Assembly (NCBI GenBank): GCA_002269645.1
Contig: NIVC01000252.1
Span: 22,789-86,788, forward strand
Reading direction: 5' to 3'
From: Macrostomum lignano
Lineage: Eukaryota
DNA: 64,000 bases
The translations under genes were made by a program, and so were the position numbers. Shown here piece after piece: positions 8,466-18,529 of this stretch (position 1 is its first letter; the number at the start of each line of letters is the position of its first letter). A model generated the notes under the pieces. The model was not told where the DNA came from. It did not search any database and saw nothing but the letters and a program-made list of their open reading frames with translations.

Positions 8466-11173
8466 TAGAAGAATGTGACTCCGAGTGGTCGTCCCCAATC
8501 GTGTTGGTGCGGAAAAAAGATGGGAGTCAAAGGCTTTGCGTTGATTATCGACAGACCAATAAAGTGATCAAACCTTGTAGCTTCCCGCTACCACTGGTTG
8601 ACGAGTCGTTTGACAGCTTGTCGGGGGCACAGGTCTTTTCCAGTCTTGACCTAACATCCGCCTACTGGCAAGTCGGGATCCGTGAGCAAGACAGGGACCT
8701 CACTGCTTTTTCTTGCCCACAAGGCACCTTCAGGTGGAAGGTCGTCCCGTTCGGCATCAAGACCGCCCCGGCAACTTTTGCGCGGTTGATGCACCGGGTC
8801 TTCCAACCCCTGCTGCTTAAGGTCAGCTTGATTTACTTGGATGACGTCATTGTGAAAGCAAGGGATAATGATCAGATGATTGTTAATTTAGCGCTAGTGC
8901 TGTGGAGGTTGCAAAAAGCAAATTTAAAAATCAAACCTAGTAAGTGTGAACTGTTTAAGGACAAAGTGCGGTTCCTCGGGTTCGTGGTATCCGGACAAGG
9001 CATAGAAGCTGACCCAGAGAAAACCGATGCCGTTCGCGATTGGCCAACTCCGAGTAATCAGAAGCAGCTCTTGTCGTTCTTAGGCTTCTGTAATTATTAC
9101 AGAAAATTTGTTCCCAGGTTCTCAGTGATAGCCGCACCGCTGTACAGCCTGGCAAGGGGGGCGGAGAAGTTTGCCTGGCAAGAAAAGCACCAAAAAGCAT
9201 TCACTGAGCTGAAGTCAAGCCTCTGCTCACCTCCGGTCCTAGCCTACCCGGACTTTTCACCGAATGCCGGGTCATTTATCTTGGACTGCGACAGCTCCCT
9301 CGAGGGGGTTGGCGCTGTCTTGTCGCAACAAGGTGCTGATGGTCAGGAAAATGTGATCAGCTACGCTTCAAAAAAATTTACCGCCGCGCAGCGAAATTAT
9401 TGTGCCACGATGAGAGAGCTCTTGGGCGTGGTGATCATGCTCGAGAACTTCAGAGTCTATTTGCTTGATCATCCCTTCATCGTGCGCACTGACGCGGCAG
9501 CGTTGAAGTGGTTGCACGCCAAGAGACATGCCACAGGCATGCTGGCCCAATGGTTGGCCACGATCGAAGCCTATGATTTCAAAATCGATCAAACACCTCT
9601 TGAGCGCCTGGGGGAATACGACTTTGAGGTCAAACACAGGGCTGGACAAGAACATTCAAATGCCGATTTTCTAAGCCGGAACCCAAAGTTCCGGGCGGAT
9701 CATTACGACTGCCCAACATGCAGCCACATACCGGAGTTTAAGGAAAAATTCATTGGAAACGCCAAAAGTGCGTCTGTAGTCGTACGGGCGGCCAGAGGGA
9801 AAAAGATTCAGACACGCACTGTTGCTATCCAGACGGAGAGCAATGAGAACTGCGATTTGACGCCCGACCACAAGGAGGCTGAGGCTCAGACCCCACAGCA
9901 GCTGGAAGCGCTCTCTGGGAATACTGATCAAAAGCAAACGGAAACTGAACTGCCAACGCCTGCTGAAACGCCGGCAATCCGAGCAGTGGGGCACCCTATT
10001 AGATCAGAGGCTGGAAGCAACTCCGAGTCTGATGAAGAGTGGTCAGATCAGCAAGAAGAAAACTGGGCTAGGCAAGCTCAGGAGTCCTCAATTGACATCA
10101 TGAGGCTAGTAGAAGCTGTGAAGAATGAGCGAAAGCCAAGTAGCGAAGAGCTTCAGTCGTGCAGTCGTGAGGTCCGAATATTGTATTCAAATTTTGAGAG
10201 ACTCACTCTAAATGAGGGCCTGTTATACCTCCAGAAACCGTCCAAAAAGGGTAGGCCTTCTCGCTCTGTCTTAGTCGTTCCCGAGACGGCGAACGTCGAT
10301 GAAGTCGTCTTGAATTATCACCAAGCTCTGAATCACAGTGGGGTAACAAAAACCACGAAAGCACTAAAGAACCGTTTCAAAATCACTGCGTTAACAACCC
10401 ATGTCACAGGAATAATCTCTGAATGTGAGACTTGTGCTCGAACTAAGAAAAACAAGAAGAAAAATAAGGAACCGATGCAGCCCACCCTTGCTGGCTATCC
10501 AGGCCAAGTGGTGCACGTGGACCATGCAGGCCCATTCTCAGAACAAGATGGCAACAGGTACCTGCTGGTTCTTATTGACCGCTTTACCAGCTGGGTCGAA
10601 ATAATTCCGGTACCAGATACAACTGCCGAAACCACCGCTCAAACAATCTTGACCGAATGGGTCGTCAGGTACGGGGCGATGGAAGCAATTGTGTCCGACA
10701 ATGGCACAGCTTTCATCAATCATGTATTGGAGGAGCTGACTAGCCTCCTTGAAATCGGAAAAGTTCGGATCGTAGCTCGCCGTCCCCAAGCCAACGGCAA
10801 GGTTGAAAGGGCGATTCAGACAATAAAGAGCCAGATCCGCGCCGTGTGTCAGGACAGGGAGTGCAATTGGCCACTGGCGGCCCGCCTCGTTGGCATGTCA
10901 GTCAGAGCGTCGGAAGCTGAGTCCACCGGCTTTACGCCAGCGCGCCTATTCCTAGGGCGCGAGCTCGTATTCCCTCTAGACCTAATATATGGGTCTCCAG
11001 TGCAGGACCAGTTTCAGCCTAACAGGTTCGCCCATAAACTATATCACGAGCTTGTGTCCGTCTCGACCTTGGCCAGACAGATTCGCGGTAAAGCCCAACA
11101 GCGCCAGAAGCGCTACTACGATCGGGGCACCCACCATTCGGTATTCAAGAAGGTGAGCTTGTATGGGTCTTGA
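8447..11173 (+). CDS. pol: Pol: reverse transcriptase, RNase H and integrase core (this frame is open from 8357)
   Basis: RT motifs LCVDYRQTN, PFGIKTAPATF and YLDD; RNase H ILDCDSS...RELLG...RTD; integrase HHCC, VHVDHAGP, IVSDNGTAF and NGKVER. Confidence 0.95.
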   Translation: MLDCGVIEECDSEWSSPIVLVRKKDGSQRLCVDYRQTNKVIKPCSFPLPLVDESFDSLSGAQVFSSLDLTSAYWQVGIREQDRDLTAFSCPQGTFRWKVVPFGIKTAPATFARLMHRVFQPLLLKVSLIYLDDVIVKARDNDQMIVNLALVLWRLQKANLKIKPSKCELFKDKVRFLGFVVSGQGIEADPEKTDAVRDWPTPSNQKQLLSFLGFCNYYRKFVPRFSVIAAPLYSLARGAEKFAWQEKHQKAFTELKSSLCSPPVLAYPDFSPNAGSFILDCDSSLEGVGAVLSQQGADGQENVISYASKKFTAAQRNYCATMRELLGVVIMLENFRVYLLDHPFIVRTDAAALKWLHAKRHATGMLAQWLATIEAYDFKIDQTPLERLGEYDFEVKHRAGQEHSNADFLSRNPKFRADHYDCPTCSHIPEFKEKFIGNAKSASVVVRAARGKKIQTRTVAIQTESNENCDLTPDHKEAEAQTPQQLEALSGNTDQKQTETELPTPAETPAIRAVGHPIRSEAGSNSESDEEWSDQQEENWARQAQESSIDIMRLVEAVKNERKPSSEELQSCSREVRILYSNFERLTLNEGLLYLQKPSKKGRPSRSVLVVPETANVDEVVLNYHQALNHSGVTKTTKALKNRFKITALTTHVTGIISECETCARTKKNKKKNKEPMQPTLAGYPGQVVHVDHAGPFSEQDGNRYLLVLIDRFTSWVEIIPVPDTTAETTAQTILTEWVVRYGAMEAIVSDNGTAFINHVLEELTSLLEIGKVRIVARRPQANGKVERAIQTIKSQIRAVCQDRECNWPLAARLVGMSVRASEAESTGFTPARLFLGRELVFPLDLIYGSPVQDQFQPNRFAHKLYHELVSVSTLARQIRGKAQQRQKRYYDRGTHHSVFKKVSLYGS

Positions 11174-11943
11174 ACCCGGACCACAAGGGTCTGGACACGG
11201 CGGTGTGGTTGGGGCCGTACAAGATCATTGAAAAGATCTCTGACAGAAACTACCGACTTGTCCCAGAGTCAGACACCGGGATGCCGAACCCAAGGCACAA
11301 TGTTTACAACATCGACAGGCTAAAAAGGTGTGTGAGAAAGCCCGCGTACATCGATTTGATCGACAAATTCGGACAGGCATCCGCACCGGGAGAGACTCGA
11401 TCTTCAAATCCGGCTCAGCAGCCCTCGACTGACAGGTCCGTCTCCACAGTCTGCGTTCAGAGGCGTTCTCTAGATCGAGACTGGGAGGAGTCGGAGGAGG
11501 GAAGTTCGATTCCTGCTAGTAGCAGGCGGAACCCGGCATCGGAAGAGCCTCCTGCCCACAGTGCTCAAGGGGCCACGTCTGGAACGACCGCTAGTAGGGT
11601 TTCAGGGTCGGTAGCGGTGACAGTCGGTGGTGAAAGTCGACGAGAGCTATGTCAAGACACTGAGGAGGTCAAGCAGCAGGTCTCGAGGACCGATTCGAGC
11701 CACTCGCGGCCAGAGTCAGATCAGTTGCCAAGCGAGGAACTTGGTGACCTCAAGCTGGAGCCACAATCAGACAATTCTCCTGCCACTACAGTTACTGAGA
11801 GCGTCAGTTCTCAGACGTCTCAATCCGTTGCTGCGAGGCCGCCTATCACCACCAGGTCTGGTCGAGTTGTGCGCAGGCCGGCAAGGTTCTTGGCGGCTTT
11901 TATCGATCGGTGCTCCAGGAAGGGAAGCACTGGGTCGGGGTAG
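11170..11943 (+). CDS. pol: Integrase C-terminal (GPY/F) region and low-complexity tail, separated from pol by a -1 frame break near 11148
   Basis: Contains WLGPYKIIEKISDRNYRL. Adding one base at TTCAAGAAGGT restores ...FKEGELVWVLNP..., continuous with pol. Confidence 0.85.
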   Translation: MNPDHKGLDTAVWLGPYKIIEKISDRNYRLVPESDTGMPNPRHNVYNIDRLKRCVRKPAYIDLIDKFGQASAPGETRSSNPAQQPSTDRSVSTVCVQRRSLDRDWEESEEGSSIPASSRRNPASEEPPAHSAQGATSGTTASRVSGSVAVTVGGESRRELCQDTEEVKQQVSRTDSSHSRPESDQLPSEELGDLKLEPQSDNSPATTVTESVSSQTSQSVAARPPITTRSGRVVRRPARFLAAFIDRCSRKGSTGSG

Positions 11944-12181
11944 TCCCTGCCCTTTCGGGGGGTGTAGTCTGCTGCCTGTGATGTGCTCCTCCGGGGTGGC
12001 TTCTGTTGCTTTGCACACCGGTGCCCTCCCGGTGTGGTTGCTCTTTGTTTTTTTCTGTGTTGCTGGCCGTTGTGGTGGGTTGCCGTGGTTATGTTTGGCT
12101 GTGTTGTGTGGTGCCTGGTGCCGTGCTGTGCGCTCCTCTGTGTGGCTGGTTATCTGTTGTTCCGTTGTCTGGTGTGGGTTT

Positions 12182-12480
12182 CTGCTGGCGGCAGTCGGCC
12201 GCTTCATCATCTGCTGGCGGCAGTCGGCCGCTTCATCAACTGCTGGCGGCAGTCGGCCGCTTCATCATCTGCTGGCGGCAGTCGGCCGCTTCATCAACTG
12301 CTGGCGGCAGTCGGCCGCTTCATCATCTGCTGGCGGCAGTCGGCCGCTTCATCAACTGCTGGCGGCAGTCGGCCGCTTCATCATCTGCTGGCGGCATCCG
12401 GCCGCTTCATCATCTGCTGGCGGCAGCCGGCCGCTTCATCATCTGCTGGCGGCAGCCGGCCGCTTCATCAACTGCTGGCC
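12182..12480. repeat. About 10 copies of a 29-bp unit CTGCTGGCGGCAGTCGGCCGCTTCATCA(T/A) in the 3' UTR of element 1
   Basis: Direct tandem copies visible. Confidence 0.92.
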
Positions 12481-12864
12481 GCGCAGTGCAAGTTCTTGGC
12501 GCGGTGTTCGAGTCTGAGGCGTCTGCAGCACGGGTCCCGTCGATGCTGTCAGTAAATTTTGTCATAATTATCAATATTCAGTTGTTACTACTTATTCGTT
12601 ATTAGGCTTCCTTGTTCGCGCGAATATCACATTTTACTCCTCTATCCAAATGCTAGCTGCGCATGCGTTTAAAAATCAATCAATCCTTGTTGCTGTTTCG
12701 TTGGAATGTTCAATTTTACTCCATCGTTCTACTTTGCGAAATTATCTTCAATTGTTCAAAAAATTCGATTTTTGCAACGCGGCCCAATCGTACCAAATTC
12801 ATTTTGAAAAACAATGTTCGAAATCACTACTTAAAGTAGAAAGCGCTTCGTTTTTTGTTTTTTT

Positions 12865-12878
12865 GGGAGAGAGGCGAG
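12865..12878 (+). promoter_or_regulatory. Polypurine tract of element 1
   Basis: GGGAGAGAGGCGAG immediately before the 3' LTR TG. Confidence 0.8.
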
Positions 12879-13401
12879 TGTGACGTTGGTGGTTCTTTTA
12901 TTCTCCCAGTTCGTTGATTAATATCTACTAAAAAGTATTTAATATGTACTTTATTTATATCAATTGGTTTCACTTTTATGTTTATTGAAAATAGTAAGCA
13001 ATGCTTTGTTTTACTGCATTAAATAGTTATATTTAACATTTTGAATTCTGTGGCTTCGGAGAAGACTGAGCGTGGTGTGCGGCTGCTGTTCCTATCGCCA
13101 GTCATTTGATTTTAGTAAACACTGATTGATTTTAGTAAACACTGAAAAAACAGTAGTTCAAGATCGCTCTCAATTTAGTAGTGTTACCCACTAAGGTCAT
13201 CTTCGAAGCCATTCCATTGACACTGCAATTGTTCGTTACCAGTTAGCATCAGCAATAACCACTACATGTGTAACCTGCAAATATACATAATCCGTAATCG
13301 AATTATCGGCGCCGTCAGTTATCGTCACCACTAACTGTGTGTTTACTCACTACTTTAATAGCAGCCCGTCAGCACGCGAACTCGGACCAGATATCGTCAC
13401 A
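12879..13401 (+). repeat. 3' LTR of element 1
   Basis: Copy of 4684-5206 with no mismatch seen. Confidence 0.95.
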
Positions 13402-14025
13402 AAAAGAAAAACAAATATAAATACACGTGTAAATTAAAAATATTAACAATGAGTTCCGGTTATTCGTTTTTCGAAGCTTTATTTATAACAAAATATGGGT
13501 TTATCAGTAATTTAGCTTGCACCAAATGTAGAAATTATTGTCATATAATAGTTTTGATCAAAGTAAGTACTAAAATAGTATGATAACGCGACGACTTTTT
13601 ATTAAAGATTAACTTTAGTAGTTATAATTAAACATTATAATTATTAATCAGTTTTCTCATGGTCTTACTTGAGAATGAAAAAAAATGATCGAGATTTCTC
13701 TGCACCTTCTGATTAGCCCACACATCCTCAGGGCTTTTCGATTGGCTTACCATGAGTATTAATAAAACCGGAGATTGCATCGCAGACTGAGCGCCCATAT
13801 GATCGCCAATAGATCAGCTTTGGCGGGGTCAGTTAGGATCCGAGCTGATGACTCACACGAAGTTTTAGGTGGGTAAGCAATCTTATGGTATTTTAGTTTG
13901 TTGATTTGCCATAAACGGAAGAATTGTACTATAGAAATCGGCTGACTTTATTTTGCCTTTTTCTTTCAATTCATTAGGAATGTAATTAACGTTGAAAACT
14001 GAAGATCCTGGATATAGGAAAGTTC

Positions 14026-15015
14026 GTGAGAGGGAGGCAGAGAGGATGGAGAGGGAGAAGGTGAGGGAAATAGAGAGGGAGAGGGAGATGGGGAGGGAAA
14101 TGCTGATAAAGAAGGGAAAGAAGATAGACAGGGAGATAGAGAGGGAGAAGGAGAGGGAAATAGAGAGGGAGAGGGAGGGACATGGTGAGGGAGATGAAGC
14201 TAAGGGAGATGGAGAGGGAGAGGGAGATGGAGATGGAATGGGAAATAAGATGTACAGGGAGATGGAGAGGGTGAGGGAGATGGAGAGGGAGAAGTTGAGG
14301 GAGGGGCATGGAGAGGGGAGAGGGAGAGGGAGAAGGTGAGGGAGAGGGAGATGGAGAGGGGAGAGGGAGATGGAGAGGGAGAAGGTGAGGGAGATGGAGA
14401 GGGAGAAGTTGAGGGAGGGGCATGGAGAGGGGAGAGGGAGAGGGAGAAGGTGAGGGAGGGGGAGAGGGGAGAGGGAGATGGAGAGGGGAGAGGGAGATGG
14501 AGAGGGGAGAGGGAGATGGAGAGGGGAGAGGGAGATGGAGAGGGGAGAGGGAGATGGAGAGGGGAGAGGGAGATGGAGAGGGAGAAGGTGAGGGAGAGGG
14601 AGATGGAGAGGGAGAAGGTGAGGGAGAGGGAGAGGGGAGAGGGAGATGGAAAGGGAGAAGGTGAGGGAGAGGGAGATGGAGAGGGAGATGGAGAGGGAGA
14701 AGGTGAGGGAGAGGGAGAGGGGTGAGGGAGATGGAGAGGGAGAAGGTGAGGGAGAGGGAGAAGGAGAGAGGGATTGAGAGGGGAGAGGGAGATGGAGAGG
14801 GGGATGGAGAGGGAAGAGGGAGATGGAGAGGGGGGGGAGAGGGGAGAGGGAGATGGAGAGGGGGATGGAGAGGGAAGAGGGAGATGGAGAGGGGGTGGAG
14901 AGGGGAGAGGGAGATGGAGAGGGGATGGAGAGGGGAGAAGGAGAGGGGGATAGAGAGTGAAAGAAGATGTACAGGGAGATGGAGAGGGTGAGGGAGATGG
15001 GAGAGGGAGAGGAAA
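14026..15015. repeat. Polypurine (GA-rich) low-complexity tract
   Basis: Almost only G and A (GGAGAGGGAGAT-like units); source of the EG/PS-repeat pseudo-ORFs. Confidence 0.92.
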
Positions 15016-16435
15016 AATGATGAAAAAACAGGAGCGTAAAAAGTAAACAGAAGGCTGCACTGAAGAAGCTGGATTATCAATAAAGTCTGTTAGTCGGCAT
15101 CCTGAAAGAAGTGATTCTGAAAGAAAAAAAACACTGCGAATGAAGAGCTTCTCTGTGCTTACGATTCAAGTCTGAACATTCGAAGGTCATATCTAAGCTT
15201 TTATAATTGGAACCAGTTAAACGACAATTTTTGTTAGAGAAATTTATTTATCAAAGAAAGCTTTGACTGCTTCAAGCCTTTATCCTTCTTAGGCCATTTT
15301 AACTGAAAATATTTTCATCCAAATAGCAATGCAGCAGGGCACCCATCGACCGTCTGCCATTAAATCAGTCGTTGAGGCCCTGCCCGACAACAAACTCTGA
15401 GCTGACATGAAGAGCTGATATCGAAGCGAGTCGGAACTCAATTTTCCCCCGACAAGCTGATAAAATGACGAGATTCGGCCTCACTTGAGCCTGAGTGAGC
15501 TTCGCGGTGCTTAGCATTGCGGCCCACAATCAAGCCCCTGCAGCTGCTGAAATTGGGGACTAATCGCATAAAATATTCTTCATCGCTCCGGCACGCACAG
15601 GGTTGAACCAAATTCTATTTATCTTTGAGTTGTCTAGAAAAGTGCTTCACATCGGATTGCCAATCGATAAAAGTGAATTGAGTCCGCTGTCCGATCACTC
15701 AGGCAGGCTCACAATTACTGGTCGATGAGGAGCAAAATCAACATTTTTTCTCGTGTACATTTGTGGCCTGTTTCATTTTTTAAGACATCATGAACAAACG
15801 CACAAACATGTACGCTGTACTCTACTTATGAGTAGAAATATGCGATCTTCTCGCTTCAGAAGCGCAGTTCAAGGAATAATAATTACCGTTGCAGGAAACC
15901 GTGGGCACCCTGGCGAAATGCATTTGGCGACATCGTCCCACAAGCAACAACGCTGACGCAAGGACCACTGTAATGCTATAGTCTGACGGCAATTCTGTCC
16001 ACTCCGCCCGCTCCTGAGCATGTAGAGATCTCCAAATACGATACAAAGTAAATTACTATAAGTAGTAACGTAAAAATGCGAAAATGCGAATCTAAAAATT
16101 CAGAGTTGTCATACTCTATTTTTAGAAGACCACGAAAACAACGAGTGATCATCTTATGTAACATCTAAAAATAGAACTCTAAATATGGTATTTGTGACAT
16201 AGTGACACGATGAACTTTGCTATAGGTTGCATGCACTGTAGTGTTGACTCACTAGCAGTGGAGTTGTTATTGATCGGCTTAGAGATTGTATTTTATTCCA
16301 CCCCACCCCATGCGCGCGTTTGAATCTGTCTGCACCCACCACCTCAGTGCTAAATAAACAGCCTAGCTCTCAAGCGAGCACCTTTTACTCACTCCTGCAA
16401 TTCCACACTTCTGCCTCGCTAACAAAGTTATCACA

Positions 16436-18529
16436 ATGGCGACGAGTCTGCCCACGCTGGGCCAACTGCTACCATCTACAAACATCGAGATCTTCCTAGA
16501 GCGTCTCGAGCAGTACTTCATCTGCAAGGAGGTGAAGGATGAGGCAAAAGTGGCAACTCTGATCACGTCGATTGGAGAGGAGGCTTACATCACACTGCGG
16601 AGTCTGTGCCAGCCGGTCCAAGTGGCGCAGAAGTCTTACGCTGACCTGAAGAAGCTGCTGACAACGCACTTCGCACCCAAGCCTTCGGAGCTAGCTGCGA
16701 GGTTCCGTTTCCAACAACGAACTCAGCAAGCAGGCGAGAGCTTCACGGCATTCATCGCGGGGCTCCAGGCTCTGTCAGCTGACTGCAACTTCGGTGAGTC
16801 GCTAAATGAGCGGCTCCGAGACCAACTCGTGTTCGGCCTTCGAAGCGACGCCTATCGAGCCAAGCTGCTGGAAGTCGTTGAGCCGACTTTCGAATCCCTG
16901 CAAACAAAGGCTATGTCGCTGGAGTCTGCAGAGCGTTCGTCCCTGGAGATGTCACAAAGGGCATCGGAGTCTGTTGCCAATCTGCAATTTGTCAGCAAGA
17001 GAGGTAGCCGCAAGCAGGTGACACCTTCAGCGCACCACAGAGGGCATCGGGTCAGCGGCAGCGACAACGGCGGCAGCGGCAACGGCGGCAGCGGCAACGG
17101 CAGCGGCAACGGCAGCGGCAACGGTGGCGGTGGCAGCTCATGCAAAAGCTGTGGCGGTTCCCACGAGCGTCATTCATGCAAGTTCAGGGACGCCAAGTGC
17201 CATGCATGCGGCAAGGTCGGCCATATCCGCAAGGTCTGCCAGTCCACCAAGCAGGCCAAGCTACACATGTTACAAGAGGAGCGGATGGCACCTACTGTCG
17301 AAGGCGCGTGTGACACCCAGGTGCCCATCTTCGCAGTCCGACCAACAGGCAGAAACGCTGGACCGACAGTCATGCTGCTCGTCAACGGCCAGGAATGCCA
17401 GTTTGTCATCGACACCGGCTCTGCAGTCACGCTGATGCCGCAGCAGCTGCAGCAAAAGTTACTCCCTCAGCTACAACTGGCTCACCTTCGGCTGGACTGG
17501 CCGACAATAATGGCCCAGGTGCACGCAGTGTCCACCGATTACGACATCAGCGACCTGCATGAGCGATTCGCTGCGGTGTTCGAGAACCGACTTGGCAAAT
17601 TTCGACACAATCAAGGCTCCGCCCCGGTACAGCCATGGCCATTTCCGACTGAGCCATGGGAGCGGTTGCACATCGACTACGCGGGACCTGTGGACGGCCG
17701 CACTTACCTGGTCCTGGTCGACGCGCACAGCAAGTGGCCAGAGGTGCACATAATGAGCAGCACCGCTGCAACTGCGACGATCAGCTGTCTGCGAGAAATC
17801 TTCGCTCGTCTCGGCCTACCGAGAACCTTGGTGTCGGACAACGGGCCTCAATTCGCTTCGGCCGAGTTCGCTGAGTTCGTCAGTTCCAACGGCATCCGGC
17901 ACATCTTCTCGGCGCCATTCCACCCGGCGACCAACGGCCAGGCCGAGCGCTTCGTCCAGGTGCTGAAGCGGCATCTGAGTAAGTGCGGTCACTCCGACGC
18001 GCAACTTCAACGACTGCTGATGGCCTATCGCAACACTCCGCACAGCGTCAGTGGCACCGCGCCGAGTCAGCTGCTCATTGGCCGCCGGCTGCGCAGCCGG
18101 CTGGACCTCCTGACACCATCGTTGACTTCGGCCATGCAACAGCGACAGCAGCATCAGCTTCAGCAGCAGCGGCCAGCGCGCCAGTTCCAGCCTGGAGATC
18201 GTGTGCTCTACCGCGATTTCAGCACTGCTGCTCGTTCAGGAGAAAGCAGTCGCTGGGCCGAAGGTGTCATCGTCAATGCCGGCAATCGCAACTGCACAGT
18301 CGATTCCGGGCGCGGCGTACAAGCGCGACACGCTGACCAGCTGCTAGCGGCTTCTGCTGGGCTGGCCGAGTCGAACAGCAGCACAACCCCGGCCGAGGAC
18401 TGCTCGGCACCTGACGTTGGCGGCACGTCTACCTCGCCGCAGGCAGACACGGCTGACTCTGCTAACGAGGCACCCCGGCGCTACCCAGATCGAGTTCGAG
18501 CACCACCTGACAGATTGATGCTGCAGTGA
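16436..18529 (+). CDS. Gag-protease-integrase-core fusion ORF (697 aa), no RT or RNase H
   Basis: Gag FLERLEQYF...; knuckles CKSCGGSHERHSC and CHACGKVGHIRKVC; protease VIDTGSAVTL; integrase core HIDYAGP / VSDNGPQF / NGQAERF; no YxDD-type RT motif present. Confidence 0.9.
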   Translation: MATSLPTLGQLLPSTNIEIFLERLEQYFICKEVKDEAKVATLITSIGEEAYITLRSLCQPVQVAQKSYADLKKLLTTHFAPKPSELAARFRFQQRTQQAGESFTAFIAGLQALSADCNFGESLNERLRDQLVFGLRSDAYRAKLLEVVEPTFESLQTKAMSLESAERSSLEMSQRASESVANLQFVSKRGSRKQVTPSAHHRGHRVSGSDNGGSGNGGSGNGSGNGSGNGGGGSSCKSCGGSHERHSCKFRDAKCHACGKVGHIRKVCQSTKQAKLHMLQEERMAPTVEGACDTQVPIFAVRPTGRNAGPTVMLLVNGQECQFVIDTGSAVTLMPQQLQQKLLPQLQLAHLRLDWPTIMAQVHAVSTDYDISDLHERFAAVFENRLGKFRHNQGSAPVQPWPFPTEPWERLHIDYAGPVDGRTYLVLVDAHSKWPEVHIMSSTAATATISCLREIFARLGLPRTLVSDNGPQFASAEFAEFVSSNGIRHIFSAPFHPATNGQAERFVQVLKRHLSKCGHSDAQLQRLLMAYRNTPHSVSGTAPSQLLIGRRLRSRLDLLTPSLTSAMQQRQQHQLQQQRPARQFQPGDRVLYRDFSTAARSGESSRWAEGVIVNAGNRNCTVDSGRGVQARHADQLLAASAGLAESNSSTTPAEDCSAPDVGGTSTSPQADTADSANEAPRRYPDRVRAPPDRLMLQ
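16437..16446 (+). promoter_or_regulatory. PBS of element 2 (tRNA-Ser GCU type), overlapping the gag start codon
   Basis: TGGCGACGAG 1 nt after the LTR; the same bases read ATG GCG ACG AG. Confidence 0.75.

Larger units (their letters stand above)
4684..13401 (+). mobile_element. Full-length Ty3/Gypsy LTR retrotransposon (element 1), recent insertion
   Basis: Two 523-bp LTRs (TG...CA) with no mismatch seen, tRNA-Gln PBS, PPT, gag-PR-RT-RH-IN domain order, 4-bp TSD AAAA. Confidence 0.96.

Noticed and set aside
11170-11943. Possible env-like third ORF of element 1
   Set aside because: It begins with the integrase GPY/F region, joins pol after a one-base correction, and has no signal peptide or TM helix.
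12182-12480. CRISPR-like array (29-bp repeats)
   Set aside because: Repeats are head-to-tail with no unique spacers, in a eukaryotic retrotransposon with no cas genes.
11627-12605. Overlapping Cys/Trp-rich ORFs of 190-296 aa in the 3' UTR
   Set aside because: Produced by T/G-rich sequence and the 29-bp repeat; no recognisable domain.
13986-15080. Pro/Ser- or Glu/Gly-rich ORFs (extensin-like)
   Set aside because: Translations of a GA/CT low-complexity tract.
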